A stretch of DNA of 64,000 nt, from contig JBESAV010000001.1 in the NCBI GenBank assembly GCA_041242255.1, forward strand, positions 224,001 through 288,000, read 5' to 3'. The position numbers and the translations under genes were made by a program. Below are positions 57,179 to 64,000 of the stretch, in pieces. A model generated the notes under the pieces. That model had not been told where the DNA came from and ran no database searches. It worked only from the letters and a program-made list of their open reading frames with translations. The stretch's first letter is position 1. Each line of letters opens with the position of its first letter. This DNA comes from Candidatus Altimarinota bacterium (GTDB taxonomy: Bacteria; Patescibacteriota; Gracilibacteria; UBA1369; GCA-2718715).

Positions 57179-58897
57179 ATGCGTTCACCAAAAACAATCA
57201 AAAAACTGATTGCCAGTAGTATTATTGATACCGTAAAAAGCCTTTATCAAATCCAAGTTGACCCCCAAAAAGTCTTTTTCACCTACCCACCAAACTCAGA
57301 TTTAGGTGATTTCTCTTCAAATATTTGTTTACAAATTTCGAAAGAAACTAAGAAAAACCCTGTAGACCTAGCTAATCAACTCTTAGCAAAACTCAGCCTT
57401 CCTGAACAAATCAGAGATGCAGAAGTTGTGAAACCTGGTTTTATAAATTTTAGATACAAAAGTTCCTACTTACAGGAGTATTTATTTCAAAACACTCAGC
57501 TTAAACCAAGGCAAAAGTCCGGCCGAAAAGTCATAGTAGAGTATTCCCAACCAAATATCGCCAAGCCACTTGGAGTTCACCATATTTTATCAACGGTGAT
57601 CGGGGCAACAGTTGCAAATATACTCGAATTCAGAGGTAATGATGTTTTAAGGTATAACTACCTAGGTGACTGGGGAACACAATTCGGAAAAGTCATTGTC
57701 TCTCTCAAAACTTGGGGAGATGTCCAAAAATTAGATTCTTACACAGTTATGGATCTGTTAAATCTATACGTTAAGTTTCACCAAGAAGCAGAATCAAATG
57801 AAGAGCTAAACGATCAGGCTAGACAGGAGCACGTTAAATTAGAAAATAAAGACCCAGAAAATCTTGAGCTTTATCAAAAGATTAAAGAAATATCACTTCG
57901 TGATCTACATAAGGTCTATGAAAAGATTGGAGGTATAGAGTTTGATGTAATGGACAGTGAATATCAACGCCTAGAGGCTCTCCCAGACCTCCTCAAGGAA
58001 GGTAAAAGGCAGAAGATTTTTCAGCCTGGAGAAGGGGACAGCTACATTGTTAAATTTAAAGATGAAAACATTCCACCTCTAGTTGTACAGAAAAGTGATG
58101 GCTCTACACTTTACTCAACCAGGGATATAGCAACAGTGAAGCAAAGAATCCAAGAACATAATCCAGAAAAAATCATTTACATAGTAGACGTAGCTCAGTC
58201 TCTTCACTTTAAACAGTTTTTTGATGCAAGTAAGCGGTTTGATTGGTACAAAGAATCAACTCAGCTTGAGCATTTAGATTTTGGTAGAATGCGCTTCCCT
58301 GACAAAAAAATGAGTACCAGAAAAGGAAATGTTTTAGTACTAGAAGAGGTTTTAGACGAAGCGATTTCTCGATCTCTAGATATAATATCTGAGAAAAACC
58401 CAGACCTTCCAAACAAAGAAGAAGCAGCTCAGAAAATTGGAGTTGGAGCAGTAAAATACTCTATTCTAAGTCAATCCCCTCAGTCTAATGTAGAATTTAC
58501 ATGGCAAAAGATCTTAAGCTTTGACGGTAATTCAGGTCCATATCTTCAATATTCTTACGCACGTACCCAATCAATTTTAAGAAAATTAAAAGAAGATACA
58601 CCAGAAAGCATTGAAAAAGTAAAAATTTCCCAAATTGAAAGAGAGCTTCTTCATAAAATGTTCCAATTCAGAGAGCATTGTCAGGCCGCAGCAGACAAGC
58701 TAAAGCCAAATATCCTTGCAACTTACCTATACGAATTAGCACAAATATTCAGCAAGTTTTATAACGTTTCGCCAATTATCAAAGAAGAAGATAAAAGTCT
58801 AAAAGCATTTAGAATCCAGATTCTAAAACAATACTCAAACACAATCAAAAAAGGACTTCAACTCCTAGGAGGAATCGAAGTCCTGGATGAAATGTAA
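57179..58897 (+). CDS. argS: Arginine--tRNA ligase
   Basis: VEYSQPNIAKP, NYLGDWGTQFG, KSDG, KMSTRKGN and GPYLQYSYAR motifs. Confidence 0.96.
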   Translation: MRSPKTIKKLIASSIIDTVKSLYQIQVDPQKVFFTYPPNSDLGDFSSNICLQISKETKKNPVDLANQLLAKLSLPEQIRDAEVVKPGFINFRYKSSYLQEYLFQNTQLKPRQKSGRKVIVEYSQPNIAKPLGVHHILSTVIGATVANILEFRGNDVLRYNYLGDWGTQFGKVIVSLKTWGDVQKLDSYTVMDLLNLYVKFHQEAESNEELNDQARQEHVKLENKDPENLELYQKIKEISLRDLHKVYEKIGGIEFDVMDSEYQRLEALPDLLKEGKRQKIFQPGEGDSYIVKFKDENIPPLVVQKSDGSTLYSTRDIATVKQRIQEHNPEKIIYIVDVAQSLHFKQFFDASKRFDWYKESTQLEHLDFGRMRFPDKKMSTRKGNVLVLEEVLDEAISRSLDIISEKNPDLPNKEEAAQKIGVGAVKYSILSQSPQSNVEFTWQKILSFDGNSGPYLQYSYARTQSILRKLKEDTPESIEKVKISQIERELLHKMFQFREHCQAAADKLKPNILATYLYELAQIFSKFYNVSPIIKEEDKSLKAFRIQILKQYSNTIKKGLQLLGGIEVLDEM

Positions 58898-58903
58898 TCA
58901 ATA

Positions 58904-59431
58904 TTACTTAGTTGTCTTCAGTCTATAAAGGTTTGCTAATATAATCATAATCCCACATGTCGCAGCCATAGCTGGAATTGTGATATATCCATACATTTTC
59001 ACCCAAACATCTCCACATGATGCATTTTGACCGACAACTCCACATTCTAGCTCTGCACCGCTAAGTTGAGAGTAAGTATGGTAGATAGAAACCAAGAAAG
59101 CTGGAATACTAAGACCAAGATAGTATTTAGGTGCTATCTTATCTTTAGTTAGTAAAGCGATCAAACTCACAATTGCAATCGGATACAAAAATATCCTTTG
59201 AATCCAACATAGTTTGCAAGGTATAAAGTCAAAATATTCTGAATAAGTAAGGCTTCCAGCTATCGCAGCCCAACCAAATGTTGCACAAATCCACTGATAC
59301 TTATCACTAATAAACTGAACTATTTCAGAATTTCTTTTCAATACAATTACACCTATCAATCCAAGGGCAGCAGCTACTTGAGTTATCAGAGCTAAAGTTC
59401 CAATGAAAAGATTATAAAATTCAATATTCAT
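58904..59431 (-). CDS. dsbB: Disulfide bond formation protein DsbB/BdbC family
   Basis: SLTYSE..PCKLCWIQRIFLYP, a second Cys pair and four or more TM segments. Confidence 0.88.
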   Translation of the reverse strand: MNIEFYNLFIGTLALITQVAAALGLIGVIVLKRNSEIVQFISDKYQWICATFGWAAIAGSLTYSEYFDFIPCKLCWIQRIFLYPIAIVSLIALLTKDKIAPKYYLGLSIPAFLVSIYHTYSQLSGAELECGVVGQNASCGDVWVKMYGYITIPAMAATCGIMIILANLYRLKTTK

Positions 59432-59433
59432 GA

Positions 59434-59823
59434 TTATGAGTTAGGTAATTCACAACTTGTTTTTTCAGCCAAAAATTCAAGTTCTTGTACACCTGTAACA
59501 ACAGTACCATCGGTAAACTTCCATGTAGGGTAACTTTCGATATCTTCTTCTTCACAAACAGGATTCAATACACCATTCCCGTTTTCATCAGTTAAATTAC
59601 ATTCAACATAAGGTAGTTTGCTTGCCGATCTACCAAACATAGTCTTCTGCATTGCACAGAACTGACATGTATAGCTCCCATAAAATACAGCCCCTTGTTC
59701 TTCAAGACATACTGCAAATTCATCTAATTCTCCTGGTTGATTGAGCGTATAAGCCGCAAAGCCAGCTACTCCAGCAATAGTAGCAACAATCAGTCCAAGA
59801 ACTAATCCAGTAGTAGAATTCAT
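59434..59823 (-). CDS. Membrane-anchored thioredoxin-like protein
   Basis: FYGSYTCQFC, YVEC, C...IESYPTW and a terminal SC, like the Trx domain linked to VKOR. Confidence 0.82.
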   Translation of the reverse strand: MNSTTGLVLGLIVATIAGVAGFAAYTLNQPGELDEFAVCLEEQGAVFYGSYTCQFCAMQKTMFGRSASKLPYVECNLTDENGNGVLNPVCEEEDIESYPTWKFTDGTVVTGVQELEFLAEKTSCELPNS

Positions 59824-59857
59824 TTTATCCTATTAAAAATTCTACTAAATCTTACAC

Positions 59858-60535
59858 TTACTTAGGCTTATTTGAAATGATTTTTCCATCCTCAAGTATA
59901 ATCCTTCTATCCCCATAACCATAAAATTCTGGCTCATGACTGATAAGAACTATGGTTTGCCCTGAATCATTAAGTTCCTTAAATAAATCCATAACAATTT
60001 TAGAATTCTCACTATCTAGATTAGCCGTAGGCTCATCCGCAAATAAGATTTTTGGCTCATTTACTATAGCTCTAGCCACCCCAACTCTTTGTTTTTCACC
60101 ACCTGAAAGCTGACTCTCTAAGTTGTTACCTTTATCTCCAATCCCAACCTTATCTAGAACTTCTAAGGATCTTTTGTATGCTTCAGTTTTATCAATTCCT
60201 GCCATCAACAACGGAAGTGCTACATTTTCAACTGCCGTAAGTTCTGGTAGCAAAGCATAGTCTTGGAAAACATATCCAAATTCACTTAATCTAAATTTTA
60301 ACTTTTCCTCCTGACTCTTCTTTCCCCATTCTTCTCCCTCAATCAAAATACTTCCTTCATTTGGTGTATCTAGAAGAGCAAGTTGGTACAGTAGGGTGGA
60401 TTTACCCGCCCCTGATTTACCTGTCAGCATCAAAAACTCTCCTTTCTCTACATTAATATCAACACCTTTTAAAACTGGCACATCAATTTCGCCATTGTGA
60501 TACGTCCGAACTACATTTTTTGCTTGTATAATCAT
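59858..60535 (-). CDS. ABC transporter ATP-binding protein (LolD/MacB type)
   Basis: GKSGAGKST, LSGGEKQRV and FADEPTANLD motifs. Confidence 0.93.
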   Translation of the reverse strand: MIIQAKNVVRTYHNGEIDVPVLKGVDINVEKGEFLMLTGKSGAGKSTLLYQLALLDTPNEGSILIEGEEWGKKSQEEKLKFRLSEFGYVFQDYALLPELTAVENVALPLLMAGIDKTEAYKRSLEVLDKVGIGDKGNNLESQLSGGEKQRVGVARAIVNEPKILFADEPTANLDSENSKIVMDLFKELNDSGQTIVLISHEPEFYGYGDRRIILEDGKIISNKPK

Positions 60536-61794
60536 CTTCCTAAAATAGCATTTAAAGTATTCTCCTTCGTAATCATTCGTGCAGGCACATATCCTGCGAT
60601 GATCGTAGTAATAAATAGTAATAACAATCTAACTACAGTACCTTCAACACTTACAGCTAAGATCCCATCTGAGAAAGGGAAGTCGATAGGATTACGATCA
60701 AAATAAGGTTTTAAAAACCCAAAAGTAATCGCTACCCCTATCGAAGAACCAATCACTGCATAGATCATAGATTGCCAAACATAAGCCATTTCTATTGTAA
60801 GCTTGTTAATACCAATACCCTTCATGATACCAATATATCTACGACGAGTAATCGCATTAATGAAAATCACAATAAATGTAGTAATAGCCGCAACTATCAA
60901 AGCGATACTTCCTATCATGTTCCCCAATAATGAAAAAGTACTAGTAATATCTTCAAAGAAAGTCCCAAGTGAATCCTCCCAATCCAAAATCTGTGCCTTT
61001 TCATCAAACCCCATACTACTCAATGTCGCCACAACTTCATCAGGGGTAGTCTTTGAATAATCAATATTAATCGCAATTTCATTAACTTCTTTCTGACGTC
61101 TATTTAAAATATCCTCAGCCTCGTCTTTTGTCATAAAAACCTTAAGAGACAAGGCCTCAATCTTACCACCAATAATCCCTTTAACTGTATACTCTCGCGA
61201 AACATCCCCAACCAATATTCGTATCTTATCACCAACCCCAACCCCAGATACCGTATATCTTTCGGCCTCAGGGATACTCAGGTTTTCTCTGATTAGGTTG
61301 GATCCCATCAACACAAATCTATCATCACCATCCTCTAGGTACTCACCCTCCATCATAAACCTACTGATGTCCATTACCTCATCTTCAATCTCTGGATCAA
61401 TCCCAGCAAACCTCATCCCCGTACTATCTATTGGTTCATATGGGTTCGTTCTATCTCTGTAACCTGCCTGAATAATCCCATCACCAATGTAACGACTAGT
61501 CAAAGCTTCAACCCCGGGTATGCTCAAAGCAGACTGCTGTAACTGATCACTATCTAAGATATACTCTTCTGTGACTAAATTTTTAACAAGCACATCTCCA
61601 GAATAATATTCCCGAACTAATTTCGTAGCACCTTCAATCAATCCAACCAAAACACCACTCACAAAAACCAGGTTCAAGAAGGTCAACATCATAACTGATA
61701 TAATCAAAACGTGAGACCACTTACTGGTCCGCCTTAACTGCCGGTTAGCTAGAAACCATGAGGTAGATAAAGCATTTTTAATCATTTGATCCAT
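60532..61794 (-). CDS. ABC transporter permease (FtsX/MacB/LolE type)
   Basis: One TM, a large extracytoplasmic loop, then three TMs; RRRYIGIMKGIG motif. Confidence 0.9.
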   Translation of the reverse strand: MDQMIKNALSTSWFLANRQLRRTSKWSHVLIISVMMLTFLNLVFVSGVLVGLIEGATKLVREYYSGDVLVKNLVTEEYILDSDQLQQSALSIPGVEALTSRYIGDGIIQAGYRDRTNPYEPIDSTGMRFAGIDPEIEDEVMDISRFMMEGEYLEDGDDRFVLMGSNLIRENLSIPEAERYTVSGVGVGDKIRILVGDVSREYTVKGIIGGKIEALSLKVFMTKDEAEDILNRRQKEVNEIAINIDYSKTTPDEVVATLSSMGFDEKAQILDWEDSLGTFFEDITSTFSLLGNMIGSIALIVAAITTFIVIFINAITRRRYIGIMKGIGINKLTIEMAYVWQSMIYAVIGSSIGVAITFGFLKPYFDRNPIDFPFSDGILAVSVEGTVVRLLLLFITTIIAGYVPARMITKENTLNAILGR

Positions 61795-63508
61795 TTACAA
61801 GAATCTCTTCTCCAGCCGACAACCCCTCTAAAACTTCAACCATTCCATTAGTCCCAACTACTCCAAGTCTCACCTTTCGTTTTTCAATTGTAAAAGGATC
61901 ATAGTCCTTTATCACATTCACAAAGGTCTCTTTGTTTTCACGAATCACATCTATATTATTTATCAATAAACCTTCAGCTTCTTCCAAAGTCAGAACTACA
62001 TCACCGGTCATACCTGATCTCACATCAAGATCACCCGGCTCAAGTTTTATATCTACCTTAAACACAGGTACATTGTCAGTAAGACTAGACTCTTTGTTTA
62101 TACGAACAACTACACCAACTAGTGTGTCACTTGGGTAAGCTTCCAACATAACCTCAACTTCCTGCCCTTCATTTAAAAATCTCAAGTACCTCTCAGGTGA
62201 ATCCACCTCAATCAAAAGGTCATTCTCAGCTTGTAATGTCACTACTCTTTCAGACAAGCTTACTATCTCACCTTCAGCTATTTCCAGATCAACCACAGTT
62301 CCATCAATCGGCGCAGTGATAGACCGTTTTTGAATATCTGCATTTATAGATTGGATCCTTCCATTCTCAAATTGAACTCTAGCTTCTCTTGATTCTAGTA
62401 GAGAGTTTGCTTGTTCGACAGCTATTTCTTGAATTCTTAAGTCATTATCGTCTGCTCCATCACGTACTCTTTTCAGGTCCGCCTCAGCTTGAGCAAGACT
62501 CCTTTCAGCTACCATTACATTTGATCGTAGGTTTGTTTCAGAGGACTGATTGTTTCTCAGCGTATTAAGAAATCTTTGCTCCAAATTATTCAAAGTAGCT
62601 ATCTCACTGGCTACAATGCTTTTCTGACTTTCTATCTGACTTCTAGTAGCTTCTGAAACATCATCATCTAAAGAGAAGTATAAAAATGCATTACTGACCT
62701 CATTCAGTCCTGACTTAAGTTCACGCAGAAGCTCTAAGCTTTGATCACTACTATTTACATCTGTATTCAGCAACTTTTCAACCAATCCTCCCTTAGCTTC
62801 AGAGATAACTTGTGTCCTAAATCTCTCTGAATCTCTTATTCCAACTAGTATCTCAGCAGCCAAAGCCTTATGGTAGCCAACCCTAACTGATTCACTATCC
62901 GCTTGGGGGTAAACAGCAAACTGGATATCAGTAAGATTGTATAGCGAACTTAGCGCTTGGTTTAAGCTTGAATCTAAAGTAATCCTAGTTTCATCTATTA
63001 AACTCTCTAAGGCACGAACATTATCTGCGAGGCCTTCCTCCAAAAGTTTTTCTGCTCTTTCAAGTTCTTCCTTTCGCAGGTCCACAGTTGTCTCAGCTAC
63101 TCTTATTTCCTGACTTGATCCACCAGATTTAAGATCTTCTAGTCTTGTTTTTTCAAGTTCAACTTGTTGAGCCTGCTGTTTAAGAGAGCTTTGGGCTTCT
63201 CTTAAGTTTGCATAAGCTTGAGTCCTCTGGGCTAAAAGATCATTAATGTTTAAACTAATCAACCTAGTACCTTCCTCTACAAATTGATTTTCATTCACCA
63301 ATACCTCAGCAACTTTTCCAGAAACTTCAAAACCAAGGTCTAAATCTTGATTTGCTTTAACGGTTCCAACTAAAGTTGTTTTATTAAAAACTTCTCCATC
63401 AACTACTTCGTAGCTATCAATTGAGTTACTTGACGAGCGATACCAAACCAATCCAGATCCAATAACAACCACTGCAACAATTACACTTCCAATCAGCTTT
63501 TTGCTCAT
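61778..63508 (-). CDS. Membrane-fusion/adaptor protein (HlyD/MacA family) with extended coiled coil
   Basis: FEVSGKV..V.V lipoyl half, ITAPIDGTV, RSGMT and GLSAGE motifs. Confidence 0.9.
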   Translation of the reverse strand: MSKKLIGSVIVAVVVIGSGLVWYRSSSNSIDSYEVVDGEVFNKTTLVGTVKANQDLDLGFEVSGKVAEVLVNENQFVEEGTRLISLNINDLLAQRTQAYANLREAQSSLKQQAQQVELEKTRLEDLKSGGSSQEIRVAETTVDLRKEELERAEKLLEEGLADNVRALESLIDETRITLDSSLNQALSSLYNLTDIQFAVYPQADSESVRVGYHKALAAEILVGIRDSERFRTQVISEAKGGLVEKLLNTDVNSSDQSLELLRELKSGLNEVSNAFLYFSLDDDVSEATRSQIESQKSIVASEIATLNNLEQRFLNTLRNNQSSETNLRSNVMVAERSLAQAEADLKRVRDGADDNDLRIQEIAVEQANSLLESREARVQFENGRIQSINADIQKRSITAPIDGTVVDLEIAEGEIVSLSERVVTLQAENDLLIEVDSPERYLRFLNEGQEVEVMLEAYPSDTLVGVVVRINKESSLTDNVPVFKVDIKLEPGDLDVRSGMTGDVVLTLEEAEGLLINNIDVIRENKETFVNVIKDYDPFTIEKRKVRLGVVGTNGMVEVLEGLSAGEEILVNGSND

Positions 63509-63623
63509 ATATATATTTTTATATCTGATAATTATACCAAAATAAGCCTTTTTATACCAGCCTTAACTCCTTGCAAACTGCTTCTGTACTCACCTATAAT
63601 TTCTTCAAACCTAATCTTAAAAA

Positions 63624-63968
63624 ATGTCTATTATTAAAGAATTCAAAGAGTTCGCCATTAAAGGTGATGTTATTGATCTAGCTGTGGCCGTAGTTATCGG
63701 TACTGCCTTTGGAAAAATTGTTAGTTCACTAGTGGATGACATCATTATGCCACTTGCGGGACTAATCATGGGGAAAGTTGATTTCTCAACTTTGTCTCTA
63801 TCTCTCGGGGGAGACAACGAGCTTCCATACGGATCATTCATCCAAAACATCGTTGAATTTCTGATAATTGCTTTCTCAGTGTTTCTTATGGTCAAGTTTT
63901 TAAATAGCTTCAGAAAAAAGAATGAAGATGAATCAAAAAAGAAAACTAAGAAAAAGTCTAAGAAGTAG
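63624..63968 (+). CDS. mscL: Large-conductance mechanosensitive channel
   Basis: [32 protein letters not shown] motif. Confidence 0.97.
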   Translation: MSIIKEFKEFAIKGDVIDLAVAVVIGTAFGKIVSSLVDDIIMPLAGLIMGKVDFSTLSLSLGGDNELPYGSFIQNIVEFLIIAFSVFLMVKFLNSFRKKNEDESKKKTKKKSKK

Positions 63969-64000
63969 CTGGTTTCTCAACTCCATGCCTTGATCTGACA

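Overview
AT-rich bacterial chromosomal segment read with standard code 11: Gly-rich genes of up to 3351 codons contain no in-frame TGA. Gene content points to a Patescibacteria/CPR organism, probably Peregrinibacteria-like (inference). Supporting traits are a CPR-type pilin, a split ComEC, an Arg-tipped EF-P, an SLH-like S-layer protein and A/T-rich gene starts. The window holds 45 complete CDSs and one partial CDS, mostly housekeeping (efp, rny, holB, infC-rpmI-rplT, recR, dnaB, ybeY, dnaJ, miaA, recJ, uvrA, murA, argS, mscL), plus four tRNAs and several cell-surface genes. No mobile element or CRISPR array was seen. The main signals are as follows. (1) A gene for an HTH/coiled-coil/membrane-anchor protein (29485-30159) has a promoter and 5' coding half packed with roughly helically phased GAC/GTC motifs and nested palindromes. 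A second HTH/coiled-coil gene (23843-24283) has a parallel ATTGAC..GTCAAT operator. Together they are a candidate centromere-like DNA-to-membrane tethering system. (2) A full-length PPDK homologue has lost its phospho-His and most other catalytic motifs. (3) Two otherwise different large surface proteins share a ~300-aa C-terminal module ending in (L/V)PTG, a transmembrane helix and a basic tail. (4) A DnaA-box cluster lies downstream of the S-layer gene.
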